This document shows, piece after piece, positions 37,486-46,762 of a stretch of DNA of 64,000 bases. Both the position numbers and the translations under genes were made by a program. The number at the start of each line of letters is the position of its first letter. The first letter of the stretch is position 1. Location: positions 52,198 to 116,197 of the forward strand of contig CAZPYM010000004.1 of the NCBI GenBank assembly GCA_964590105.1, written 5' to 3'. The notes below the pieces were generated by a model, which saw only the letters and a program-made list of their open reading frames with translations, had not been told where the DNA came from and searched no databases. Origin of the DNA: an uncultured Gammaproteobacteria bacterium. GTDB lineage: Bacteria; Patescibacteriota; Patescibacteriia; UBA11705; JABHMO01.

Positions 37486-38898
37486 ATGGACAATTATCCC
37501 AAAAACAGCAACCCCATAATAGATCCCCGTATCAATCTGCTCAACCGACAAGACAACCAATATCCCCGGGGAAAAAAAATTTTTAAGGTCAGCAAATTTA
37601 TTCTTTATCTGCTGATCGTTTTGATAATCGCTTTTCTGGTCTTTTCATATCAAGTGCTGTTTACCAATAATAGCGTATCGGAAATATTCAGCGGAAAAAT
37701 AAATATATTCAAGCAACTAAACACTCTGGCGCGAGAAGGGAGTAGATTGCAAGGCGAAAATGAAGATCGCATCAATATCCTGCTACTCGGCATGGGCGGC
37801 GCCGGACATGAGGGACCATATTTAACAGATACGATAATTCTTGTCAGTATCAAGCCGTCAACAAAAAAAATAGCCATGATCTCTATTCCACGAGACCTGC
37901 TGGTGGAAATCCCCGGCTATGGCTGGTGGAAAGTTAACAATGCCAATGCTTTTGGCGAACAAAAAAGTCCGAGCCACGGAGCCGAACTGGCAAAAACAAC
38001 TTTGCAACAAACTTTTGACCAACCAATTGATTATTATGTCAGAGTTGACTTTTCCGGCTTTGAAAAAATCATTGACGATCTCGGCGGCCTGAAAATTTTT
38101 GTTGATAATGGCTTTACTGATTATCAATATCCAACTGAAGATTTTAAATATCAAGTTGTTTCTTTTGAACAAGGCTGGCAAACAATGGATGGCGACAGTG
38201 CGTTGAAATTTTCCCGGTCGAGGCATGGCAACAATGGCGAAGCGTCCGATTTTGCCAGGAGCCAGCGCCAGCAGAAAATTTTGCAAGCATTAAAAGACCG
38301 CGTTTTTTCCTACAGCTTTTTGCTAAGTCCAAGCAAAATCAACAAACTAACAAAAGAATTATCCAATCATTTAAAAACAGATATGGAGCCGTGGGAAGTG
38401 GTCATCCTAGCCAAACTCATGGAAAAAGTTGACACAGAAAACATCATCACTAAAGTCTTAGATGATAGCCCAGGAGGACTGCTGTATGCAAGTATTGTCA
38501 ACGACGCTTATGTTCTCCAGCCAAAAGGCGATGACTTTGCCCAAATAAAATATCTTATTGATAATGCATTTAAAACCCAAGAAACGCTGGAAGAAAAGAA
38601 AACTGTTTTTGCGGAAATATTAAACGGCACGGAAACACCGGGACTCGCGTCAACAAGCGCGCAGGAATTAAAGCTAATCGGCTATCGAATTAATAAGATC
38701 GGCAACGCGCCGGAACAAAATTATTTAAATACAAAAATATATAAATTATCCGCGAAAAACTTAGAACAAGAAATTACCTTGCTCGAAACAAAATACAAAA
38801 CATCGGTTGAAACCAGCCAAATCCCGGACTGGGCAAATGAGATTACCGCGCCGGAAACTGATTTCCTTATTATTCTCGGACAGGCCGCAAGAGAGTGA
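37486..38898 (+). CDS. LCP (LytR-CpsA-Psr) family protein with LytR C-terminal domain
   Basis: INILLLG, TDTII, SIPRD, SDFARSQRQQ, ILNGT..PGLA. Confidence 0.9.
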   Translation: MDNYPKNSNPIIDPRINLLNRQDNQYPRGKKIFKVSKFILYLLIVLIIAFLVFSYQVLFTNNSVSEIFSGKINIFKQLNTLAREGSRLQGENEDRINILLLGMGGAGHEGPYLTDTIILVSIKPSTKKIAMISIPRDLLVEIPGYGWWKVNNANAFGEQKSPSHGAELAKTTLQQTFDQPIDYYVRVDFSGFEKIIDDLGGLKIFVDNGFTDYQYPTEDFKYQVVSFEQGWQTMDGDSALKFSRSRHGNNGEASDFARSQRQQKILQALKDRVFSYSFLLSPSKINKLTKELSNHLKTDMEPWEVVILAKLMEKVDTENIITKVLDDSPGGLLYASIVNDAYVLQPKGDDFAQIKYLIDNAFKTQETLEEKKTVFAEILNGTETPGLASTSAQELKLIGYRINKIGNAPEQNYLNTKIYKLSAKNLEQEITLLETKYKTSVETSQIPDWANEITAPETDFLIILGQAARE

Positions 38899-39066
38899 GA
38901 GGTGAGAGATGAGTAAATTACAAATTACAAACGACAAATTACAAACAATAAAACGAAAATCACAAATCACAAACGCGAAAAAGTAGTGAGGCGTGAGAAG
39001 TGAAATGTGAAATAGAGAGAAAAGATAGTAACCCCAATTTCTAGTTTCTAATTTCAGGTTTGCTTT

Positions 39067-40446
39067 ATGAAAACAATAATTCAAAACTATCCGATTGCCG
39101 TGATCATCGGTCGAACCAATGTCGGTAAATCAACTCTTTTCAATAAACTGACTGACAATCAGCGGGCTTTGGTTTCCTCGATCGCCGGCACCACCAGAGA
39201 CAAGCGATACGGCCAATGCCTGTGGCAAGGAAAAACATTTTTACTCGCCGACACCGCCGGCCTTGACGTGGAATCAGAACAAGACATTGACGAGAGAGCG
39301 GTCAAGCAGGCAATAAGCGGCATGGAAGAAGCAGACCTGGTATTATTTATGGTAGACGCGCGCGACGGCGTCATGCCGCAGGACAAGGAATATAGCCGTT
39401 TGATAGAAAAATCCGGCAAACCAACTATTCTGGTAGTCAATAAAGTGGATTCGCAAAGGCTAATGAAAAATCTACCTGAATTTTATCAGCTTGGATTTAA
39501 AGATATGGAAGCCGTCTCTGCCAAAACCGGCGCCGGCACCGGCGATCTATTGGAAACGATTCATGAAAAATTTAAAAGTAAACTTGCCAAACAAAAAAAT
39601 CCTGCGCCAACGACGCCGACAACAAATATCAAAACAGCAATCATCGGCAAGCCGAATGTTGGCAAATCATCATTATTAAATAAATTGATCGGAGAAGACA
39701 AAGTCATTGTTTCCGCCATCCCCCACACTACCCGCGACAGCCAGGATATAACAATCGCTTATGCGAGAGATGATTCACCTCTCGCCACCAAGTACTCCCT
39801 TACTTTCATCGACACTGCCGGAATAATCAAACGAAGGAAAATCAGCGACAAATTGCAAGAAATGAGTATTGAGCAGAGCTTTTATAACTTGCGCAATAGC
39901 GACCTGGCGCTTCTGGTAATTGACGCTTCTGAACCAATAACTGTGCAGGACAAAGTTTTGGCCGGTGAAATTATTGAAGCCAGTAAATCCATGATTTTTG
40001 TTGTGAATAAATGGGATCTGGTCGAAAATAAAAGCACAAAAAGCGACAAAGAATATATTAATTTTCTACATGGCCATTTTCCATTTTTAATCTGGGCGCC
40101 GGTAATATTTGTTTCTGCCAAAACCGGGTTCAAAGTCCCGCGACTAATTGAAACGGCAATTGAAATATATGAGAATCAACACAAAGAAATATCATCTACG
40201 CAGCTACATGAATTTTTACAGCATTTATTAAAGAAAAAAGCACCGCCAATTAGTAAAGGAACAAAGCGCCCATTCATGCACAGCATCAAACAAACCAATA
40301 CTGATCCGCTCAGTTTTGAAATAATCGCCTCGCAAGCAGAAAACATCCCTACTTTTTACCGCCGATTCATTATCAGTAAACTGCGAGAATATTTTAACTT
40401 TGCGGGTTGTGGCATCAAACTAGTGATCACTAGTGATACAAAATAG
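39067..40446 (+). CDS. der: Ribosome biogenesis GTPase Der (EngA)
   Basis: Two G domains: GRTNVGKS/DTAG/NKVD and GKPNVGKS/DTAG/NKWD. Confidence 0.95.
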   Translation: MKTIIQNYPIAVIIGRTNVGKSTLFNKLTDNQRALVSSIAGTTRDKRYGQCLWQGKTFLLADTAGLDVESEQDIDERAVKQAISGMEEADLVLFMVDARDGVMPQDKEYSRLIEKSGKPTILVVNKVDSQRLMKNLPEFYQLGFKDMEAVSAKTGAGTGDLLETIHEKFKSKLAKQKNPAPTTPTTNIKTAIIGKPNVGKSSLLNKLIGEDKVIVSAIPHTTRDSQDITIAYARDDSPLATKYSLTFIDTAGIIKRRKISDKLQEMSIEQSFYNLRNSDLALLVIDASEPITVQDKVLAGEIIEASKSMIFVVNKWDLVENKSTKSDKEYINFLHGHFPFLIWAPVIFVSAKTGFKVPRLIETAIEIYENQHKEISSTQLHEFLQHLLKKKAPPISKGTKRPFMHSIKQTNTDPLSFEIIASQAENIPTFYRRFIISKLREYFNFAGCGIKLVITSDTK

Positions 40447-40465
40447 CGCTATTCATGACAAACAT

Positions 40466-41017
40466 ATGAAGCTCATCATCGGACTTGGAAATTTTGAAAA
40501 AAAATATTTCAATACCCGCCACAATATCGGCTTTGCCATGCTTGATTATATTTTTGATGAATATCTGAAGGCCGAGGGCTTTTCCGATTGGAGTGAAAAC
40601 AAAAAATTTCAGGCCATAATTTCCGAAGGAAATTTAAATGGCGAAAAAATCATTCTTGCCAAACCAACGACTTATATGAATAATTCTGGGAGCGCGGTCC
40701 AAGCATTAATTTCATTTTATAAAATTAATCCAAAAGATTTAATAGTTATTCATGATGAAATTGATTTAAGTTTTGGCAATTACAAAATTCAAACTGACAA
40801 ATCCAGCGCCGGCCACCGCGGCATTGATTCTATTATTGGAAGAATCGGCACGCAGGAATTTACCCGCGTCAGGATCGGCATTGGCAAAGAGGATCGGAAA
40901 AAACAAGGCGACACAGCCGATTTTGTTTTGAATAGGTTTAATTTATTTGAAAAACTTAAACTCAAAGAATTAAAAAAGAAAATTCTGCAAGACGTCAAGA
41001 ATGAATTGAAAATTTAA
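40466..41017 (+). CDS. pth: Peptidyl-tRNA hydrolase
   Basis: LIIGLGN, TRHNIGF, KPTTYMNNSG, HDEID, SAGHRG; start placed at ATG 40466. Confidence 0.95.
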   Translation: MKLIIGLGNFEKKYFNTRHNIGFAMLDYIFDEYLKAEGFSDWSENKKFQAIISEGNLNGEKIILAKPTTYMNNSGSAVQALISFYKINPKDLIVIHDEIDLSFGNYKIQTDKSSAGHRGIDSIIGRIGTQEFTRVRIGIGKEDRKKQGDTADFVLNRFNLFEKLKLKELKKKILQDVKNELKI

Positions 41018-41033
41018 TTAGCAAAAAATTTAT

Positions 41034-41070
41034 AAAAAAAAGACCCCGTCGATTGCTCGACGGGGGTTTT
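41034..41070. terminator. Bidirectional intrinsic terminator between pth and the convergent accessory gene
   Basis: A run - CCCCGTCGA-TTGC-TCGACGGGG - T run. Confidence 0.75.
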
Positions 41071-41088
41071 GTTCGATTTACGTACCGG

Positions 41089-41994
41089 CTAGCGCCGGCG
41101 ACCTCCTCGCGAACCGCGAGACGATCTGCCTGCTCCGACCGCCGGCGCAGAACGCCCTCGACCGGATCCACGCACACTAGCGCCCTTTGCCTTGCCGGAC
41201 GAGCGCTTCTTGCTCGACTTCGCAGCCGGCCGCGAATGCGACCTTGCCCGCGAATGCGCACTGTAGTTCGTGCCACGGCTACGGTGCTGACTGCTCCGAA
41301 ACTTCGGCTTGCCCTGCACCCGTATCCGCGTAGCGGCTGAATGGTGCTGGGTTTTTCCCTGATACGTGGCTTTACCCTTGGACTTGGCTTTGCCCTTGGG
41401 CTTGGCTTTGCCTTGATACGTGGCTTTGCCCTTGGGCTTGGCTTTGCCAGAATTTACCTTGTGCTTCTGGTGGCTCGAGTGAGCCGCCGTCTGCTTGTGG
41501 TGAGCGCCGTGATTGCCGTGCCCCTTCCACTGAACTCCCCAGTGATGGGGGTGGGCGTAGGACTGATGCGGCCGATGACGCCAGTACCACGGATGCACCC
41601 AATAGCTGTGTCCGCCGTACGAGTAGGAATGGTACCGGTGATAGCCGTTGTGATACCAGAAGAACGGCCAGCCGGAATAGTAGATGTACGACCCGACATA
41701 GAATCTGGGCCAGGCATCCACATACACCACGGTAGTCGGCTCTTCAAAGTAGTAGCCGTTCCACCCCTCGCACTGCTCCCAGCAGTCACACTCTTCCTCT
41801 TCCCGGTTGGAACACTGTTCCCAGCAAGGACATTCTTGCTCGCTCTCGCCAGCCTCGACAGCCGAGTCAGAGTCTCCAGCGGAGCCCTCTTCCTGATCCC
41901 ATGACGACTCATAGTCGCCGTAGGACTGCCCGCTGGCGAACGAACTGAACGCGAACATCATCGCGAACACAAAATAACAAAGAACTGTTCTCAT
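41089..41994 (-). CDS. Hypothetical secreted low-complexity protein (acidic/Cys, Tyr-His-Trp and Lys/Arg-rich blocks)
   Basis: Signal-like N-terminus after GGAGG SD; own promoter; KGKATYQGK repeats. Confidence 0.65.
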   Translation of the reverse strand: MRTVLCYFVFAMMFAFSSFASGQSYGDYESSWDQEEGSAGDSDSAVEAGESEQECPCWEQCSNREEEECDCWEQCEGWNGYYFEEPTTVVYVDAWPRFYVGSYIYYSGWPFFWYHNGYHRYHSYSYGGHSYWVHPWYWRHRPHQSYAHPHHWGVQWKGHGNHGAHHKQTAAHSSHQKHKVNSGKAKPKGKATYQGKAKPKGKAKSKGKATYQGKTQHHSAATRIRVQGKPKFRSSQHRSRGTNYSAHSRARSHSRPAAKSSKKRSSGKAKGASVRGSGRGRSAPAVGAGRSSRGSRGGRRR

Positions 41995-42039
41995 TTTCTC
42001 ACCTCCGTGTTGTTGTTTCAAACTCTATACTTCATTCTA

Positions 42040-42068
42040 AGTTTAGCACAAAAGAAAAAATTTGTCAA
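42040..42068 (-). promoter_or_regulatory. Sigma70 promoter with extended -10
   Basis: TTGACA-17-TAAACT with TG immediately upstream of the -10. Confidence 0.65.
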
Positions 42069-42140
42069 GGGTGGCAAATGTCCAGATTACTCGCATATCA
42101 ACTTCGAATCTGTATATAGATTTGTAGATCTGTACCCTTT

Positions 42141-42180
42141 AAAAAAAATGGAGCCCCGTCGGTATGAACGACAGGGCTCC
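42141..42180 (-). terminator. Intrinsic terminator
   Basis: GGAGCCCTGTCG-loop-CGACGGGGCTCC followed by a T run on the minus strand. Confidence 0.7.
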
Positions 42181-42188
42181 GTTGAGAA

Positions 42189-42470
42189 CTAGTAGCGATA
42201 CGCCCAGCGGGCGCGATGGGCGCGATGGGTACGGTGGGGACGATGAGTGCAATGGGCGCGGTGGGCGCGATACTTGCAGTTCAAGGATCGGTAACTACGG
42301 TGCGACCGGTAAGAAGAACGGCAGTAATCGCCGTCGTAGTAGTAACCGTAGGAACACGCCGGTCGCCGGTAGGAGGCGTCATCGTACGTGTAACCGTACG
42401 TGCCGCAGCAGCCACCGAGGCCCAGAATTACCAGAGCGAAAAGAACAACGATCAAAAGGACTTTCTTCAT
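42189..42470 (-). CDS. Small putative lipoprotein with Tyr/His/Arg-rich tail
   Basis: MKKVLLIVVLFALVILGLGGC lipobox; HRA/HRP/HRT repeats; AAGGAG SD. Confidence 0.6.
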   Translation of the reverse strand: MKKVLLIVVLFALVILGLGGCCGTYGYTYDDASYRRPACSYGYYYDGDYCRSSYRSHRSYRSLNCKYRAHRAHCTHRPHRTHRAHRARWAYRY

Positions 42471-42534
42471 GACGATCTCCTTTTTCCCCGCCCATGGCGG
42501 GGATCTTTGTGGATTTTCCTTCTTCAAGTTTGCT

Positions 42535-43056
42535 TCAGAGTCCGACAGTGCTCATGTCGCAGAGCAGATCCAGTCCCGGTGTTTGTCCCAGGAAACCACC
42601 GCCGGCAACTATGCACGCCTGCAGTTTTTCCGTGTAGAAGGCATTCCCCTCCATTCCGGGAATCACGCAGATGACGGAATTTCCGCTGCCTTTCAACAGT
42701 TGCCCCTGTCCGGGAAACTCCTTGCAGAGCTTTTCCAGGCTGTCGAGGCGGACGTTGTTGTAGTGGAATGTTGCGCCTTGCTCCGACGCCTCGCTGGCCT
42801 TGCTCATCTGATCTCCGGCATCCACCGCGCCGAATCCTTCCGTTGCGGTGACCACGACACCAGTGCCGAAATCGCCGACGACCGACTTCTCCGCCAATGC
42901 CGTCGCCGTCTCGATCTGCTCGACCGTCGCGCTACCACACCGACCCGTCACTTCCCGCTTGATCTCGTCCAGCCTACGTAACGTGATTGCACCGAAACAC
43001 ACCACGAGCGCATACACCACTATGCCACAAAGCATCACCACTGATTTCGTCGACAT
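42535..43056 (-). CDS. Hypothetical membrane-anchored protein
   Basis: N-terminal TM, purine-rich SD region, co-oriented with neighbours. Confidence 0.55.
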   Translation of the reverse strand: MSTKSVVMLCGIVVYALVVCFGAITLRRLDEIKREVTGRCGSATVEQIETATALAEKSVVGDFGTGVVVTATEGFGAVDAGDQMSKASEASEQGATFHYNNVRLDSLEKLCKEFPGQGQLLKGSGNSVICVIPGMEGNAFYTEKLQACIVAGGGFLGQTPGLDLLCDMSTVGL

Positions 43057-43113
43057 GTTCCTTTCTCCTTCCTCCGCCGCAGGCGAAGAGTTTTGGTTAC
43101 TTCTTCATTTCAC

Positions 43114-43512
43114 TCACAAACCGCACAAGATATGCAATCCTCCATACCGCACCGGCATTCCTCCTTCCCGTTCACAGGCAGCCCACTTTTCATCGAAGCC
43201 GTTCCCAGCCGCCTTGGGAATGACGCAAATCTCCACATGGCCATTGGTAGACACTGTCGACCAAATCTCGCCCTGAACTCTTTCGCAGTCTTTCGCCTGC
43301 GCCGGTGTCAGCCTCTCTATCGGAACCGCGGCCATCAGACGCGCGCCATGCGCCATCGGGACCTCCTTGACGTCGCCCAGCGACGGCTCCTTCACCTTCT
43401 CGAACACCGCTGGCCGCCCAGTGGTTTCTTCGTCCGGTCCGAGCAGGCAAAAGAAAAACATCGCAACAATCGCCACAAAAATTCCGCCAACTACGATACC
43501 AAGTGGTCTCAT
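43114..43512 (-). CDS. Hypothetical membrane-anchored Cys-containing protein
   Basis: N-terminal TM; AAGGAGG SD. Confidence 0.6.
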   Translation of the reverse strand: MRPLGIVVGGIFVAIVAMFFFCLLGPDEETTGRPAVFEKVKEPSLGDVKEVPMAHGARLMAAVPIERLTPAQAKDCERVQGEIWSTVSTNGHVEICVIPKAAGNGFDEKWAACEREGGMPVRYGGLHILCGL

Positions 43513-43707
43513 CGCTTCCTCCTTAAAATGTTAACTTCAAAGCTCAAAGCTAAAAACCAACATTCAAATTGATTTGCAACTTTCAACTATTAAAATACTT
43601 GATTTACGTGATTTATTACGTGATATTACATGATAATCACGAACAATATCTTGGCGCGAAGCTATCACCTCTCATTACGTAGCCATCACGTAAACCACGT
43701 CTTTTAT

Positions 43708-43850
43708 AAAAAAACAGCTGACCCGCACAATCAAGCTTACCAGCTCAAGTTCCTTCAGTAAACTGACTGAACTTGACTTGCGGTTACTCCACAGCATAGG
43801 AGGGGACACTGCTTTTCTCCACTGGCAAGCATGATTTCACGGACCAGCTT
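43708..43850 (-). ncRNA. Candidate structured non-coding RNA of unknown family
   Basis: 5' AGCUGGUCCGU..AAUCA.GCUUGCCAG pairs with 3' CUGGUAAGC.UGAUU..GCGGGUCAGCU, using G-U pairs that work only on the minus strand. Three internal hairpins, terminal U run, upstream promoters, no ORF. Confidence 0.6.
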
Positions 43851-43950
43851 GTATAATATGATACAGAATTGCTGATCAAACTTGTTTCATCCAGATTTTA
43901 TATTATCCCCGATTAAGTTGTCAAGGATTTCTCATGTAATTAACCATTTC

Positions 43951-43979
43951 ATTATATCATATTTTTGACAAAAAGTCAA
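43951..43979 (-). promoter_or_regulatory. Sigma70 promoter with extended -10
   Basis: TTGACT-17-TATAAT with TG upstream of the -10; second candidate TTGACA-18-TAAAAT just downstream (~43895-43924). Confidence 0.6.
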
Positions 43980-44050
43980 TAGGCGATTAATAATTCAAAA
44001 TGCTTTGGCTTAAATTAAACAAAAACGCCCCGCTTTGGCGGGGCAGTTTA

Positions 44051-44725
44051 TTAAATGCTTTGGGCTAGAGCCCACATGGAAAGAACAGAACAAAGCGGCA
44101 CGAAAAAATTGTCCCAATTCACGCACCAGAACTCAACCAGTGTTGCCACCAGACAGCCGGAGGCAATTACGTTCCAAGGAACAATATAACCAGCTAAATT
44201 ACAAAAAACCACAGCTGAGAGCAGACCGAAAAAGAAAAAAGAAATTGAGCCAATCATGGTTTTCCTGCCAAATGTCAGCATCTCGCGCGTGGCCGAATCA
44301 ACCAGCCCGTTAAAGCCGGTTTCTTTCCACTCTTTGCCGATCAGCCGCGCCATTGGATCGCCCACCGCCAGGAACATGGCCGCGGCAATCATAATGAACT
44401 TCGGCAAGCCGCAAAACAGATACAGGCTGACAATGATCAACCCGGCATAAATAAAATGGCTGGAAGTGCTAAGATGATTTCTTTCTTTTTCACGGAGCGC
44501 ATTAAAAAACAATTGGCCGGTGAAAGCCCGAATGACTGCCTTCATCCAACGGACATTTCTGGCTCTGCCGTAGTCAAAAGCCAGAAAAACCAGACCGAAA
44601 ACAATAAGTCCAAGCAGAGCAGAACTGTCTGCCAGATGAAAAATTATCGCTGCGCCGGAAATGCTAAGCACGTGCCATATCCCTCGAACTAGCTCTTTAC
44701 GCTTCAATATCTGTTCAAAGAACAT
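44051..44725 (-). CDS. CTP-dependent polyprenol/diacylglycerol kinase family (SEC59/DGK1/VTE5-like)
   Basis: R..WH, GDPMARLIG, KT..GS..FF, ATLVE..DNFFVP; multiple TM; AAGGAGG SD. Confidence 0.8.
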   Translation of the reverse strand: MFFEQILKRKELVRGIWHVLSISGAAIIFHLADSSALLGLIVFGLVFLAFDYGRARNVRWMKAVIRAFTGQLFFNALREKERNHLSTSSHFIYAGLIIVSLYLFCGLPKFIMIAAAMFLAVGDPMARLIGKEWKETGFNGLVDSATREMLTFGRKTMIGSISFFFFGLLSAVVFCNLAGYIVPWNVIASGCLVATLVEFWCVNWDNFFVPLCSVLSMWALAQSI

Positions 44726-44860
44726 GATTACCTCCTTGGTGAATTATTCTAATTGTTCTATTTGAACTTTCCGAAAACCAGTGTTATCATAACATAATGC
44801 AAAAGAAGGGCAAGACACCGTAAATACAGACGCAAAATTTTACGTCTCTACTCATCACCT

Positions 44861-45949
44861 ATGTCACTGAAATTCCACGTCGCGTTTTCGCAAATAAATC
44901 GGATCGGCGCGAAAAAATTCACTTTACTTAAAAATTATTTTTCCACTCTGGAACAAGCCTGGAATGCTTCTTGTTTCGAATTAATTGAAGCCGGCATTGA
45001 ACACGGTCTGGCCGAAGAAATTGTTCTGCGCAGAAAAAATATTAATCCTGATGAAGAACTTGAAAAACTTCAAAAAGAAAATATCAGCGCCGTGGCTCTT
45101 GACGATGAGCATTATCCTAAATTATTAAAACAAACTTACTCGCCCCCTTTCCTTTTATATTACAAAGGCGATTTAAATAATATTCACGAACAATCACTCG
45201 CAGTGGTCGGCTCGCGCAACATTACCAATTACGGCAAACAAATAACTCCACAGATCGTAGAACAATTACTCGGCCAGAACATCTTAATTGTTAGCGGGCT
45301 GGCGCTCGGCGTTGATTCACTCGCCCACTTAACTTGCGTTCGTAACAAAAAACCAACTGTCGCCGTGCTTGGTTCCGGTCTCGACAAACAAAATATTTAT
45401 CCGTCAATCAATCGCTCGCTCGCCGGGGAAATTCTTGCTAACGGCGGGCTTCTGGTTTCTGAATTTCCGGTCGGCATGATGCCGCTCCGCCACAATTTTC
45501 CCGCGCGCAACCGAGTTATTTCGGGCTTATGCCTTGGAACCTTAGTCATTGAAGCCGGCGAATCATCGGGCGCGCTCATTACCGCGCATTTTGCTCTGGA
45601 ACAAAACCGCGAAGTGTTCGCCATCCCAGGATCCATCAATCTGCCAATGTCAATCGGCACAAATAATTTGATCAAACGCGGCGCCAAGCTGGTAATGTCG
45701 GCTGAAGATATTTTTGAAGAACTTAATTTAAAACAGCTAAAACAATTTCAAACCGCGGAACAAACAATTCCTGATTCGCCGGAAGAGGGCGCAATTATTA
45801 AACATTTAAAAACAGAACCGCTTCACATAAACGAAATTGTTAAATTAAGCGACTTAACAATGCAGGAAGTTAATTCAACGCTGATGATGTTAGAAATGAA
45901 GGGGAAGGTTAGAAATTTGGGAAATAATTCCTATATCGCGGCAGGGTGA
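44861..45949 (+). CDS. dprA: DNA-processing protein DprA
   Basis: YPKLL, AVVGSR, VSGLALGVD, FPARNRVISG, EAGESSGALITA, C-terminal winged helix. Confidence 0.95.
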   Translation: MSLKFHVAFSQINRIGAKKFTLLKNYFSTLEQAWNASCFELIEAGIEHGLAEEIVLRRKNINPDEELEKLQKENISAVALDDEHYPKLLKQTYSPPFLLYYKGDLNNIHEQSLAVVGSRNITNYGKQITPQIVEQLLGQNILIVSGLALGVDSLAHLTCVRNKKPTVAVLGSGLDKQNIYPSINRSLAGEILANGGLLVSEFPVGMMPLRHNFPARNRVISGLCLGTLVIEAGESSGALITAHFALEQNREVFAIPGSINLPMSIGTNNLIKRGAKLVMSAEDIFEELNLKQLKQFQTAEQTIPDSPEEGAIIKHLKTEPLHINEIVKLSDLTMQEVNSTLMMLEMKGKVRNLGNNSYIAAG

Positions 45950-46085
45950 AGTTCAAAATCCAAAGCACAAAACCCAAAGTAAATTCTAAATTTAAAATTC
46001 TAAATTCCAAGGTCTTCCTTGATATTTTAAATTTTTGGCTTTAAATTTCCCTTGCATTTTGAATTTTGGGCTTTGGGTTTTAAAA
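45950..46085. repeat. Inverted heptamer-array hairpin (CAAAATT/AATTTTG family), second copy
   Basis: TTCAAAATCCAAAGCACAAA...TTCCAAGG / CCTTGA...GAATTTTGGGCTTTGGG; shares blocks with 15231-15366. Confidence 0.8.
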
Positions 46086-46127
46086 CAAAAAAGGCTTCTG
46101 AATTCGATCAGTTGCCTTTTGTTGTAG

Positions 46128-46319
46128 TTATTCCACCCGCAATGCATCCCCGATTTCAACCGCCGCAACGAGAGTTGCGCAGCGATAATCAATGGACATG
46201 ATGCAACCGACTGCGGTTCCGAAATTGGAAACAGTTTGCGAAACACCGAACCGATATACATCCGAACCAAGGCCGGCAAGAACGGCCAATACAAACAAAA
46301 CGATTGCTGTTTTTTTCAT
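46128..46319 (-). CDS. Small hypothetical secreted/membrane protein
   Basis: GGAGG SD, signal-like N-terminus, ATGA overlap with the upstream ORF. Confidence 0.5.
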   Translation of the reverse strand: MKKTAIVLFVLAVLAGLGSDVYRFGVSQTVSNFGTAVGCIMSIDYRCATLVAAVEIGDALRVE

Positions 46320-46534
46320 GGCTTTTCCTCCACGGTCAGATTTTTGACTTTTCTTCCCGAATCGTCAAATTCAACAACCACAACATTCCCCTTTTTCAAC
46401 TTCTTGCACCGCGCCATCATTTCTCCGTCTTCGAGCAAAAGCATGAACGGAGCACCGGTTTCATCCTCGTTTTCATCAGGATGAAGATGCAAAACACCGA
46501 ACATTTCATTGTTCACACAATATCTAACTTTCAT
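46316..46534 (-). CDS. Small hypothetical protein
   Basis: GGGAGG SD; TTGACA-17-TATTGT promoter upstream. Confidence 0.55.
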   Translation of the reverse strand: MKVRYCVNNEMFGVLHLHPDENEDETGAPFMLLLEDGEMMARCKKLKKGNVVVVEFDDSGRKVKNLTVEEKP

Positions 46535-46762
46535 GACGCCCTCCCATTATTTCAATTGTTAAACAACAGACATAAAACAATATCACTCTAAATATATTTT
46601 GTCAATATCTTGCATTTCGCAAGTAAATTTAGTATATTAGTAAAATAAAACTGATAATAGTTAATACCTGATTTACAAATTTATACTGATATACTGACTG
46701 AATCTAGTTATTCAGTATCTCATGTAAAAGTCACGTATGTCATGTATTACTCTAATCTTCCT

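Noticed and set aside
41053-43572. Long plus-strand ORFs in the GC-rich islet
   Set aside because: Shadow frames; the promoter, SDs, signal peptides and terminators support the minus strand.
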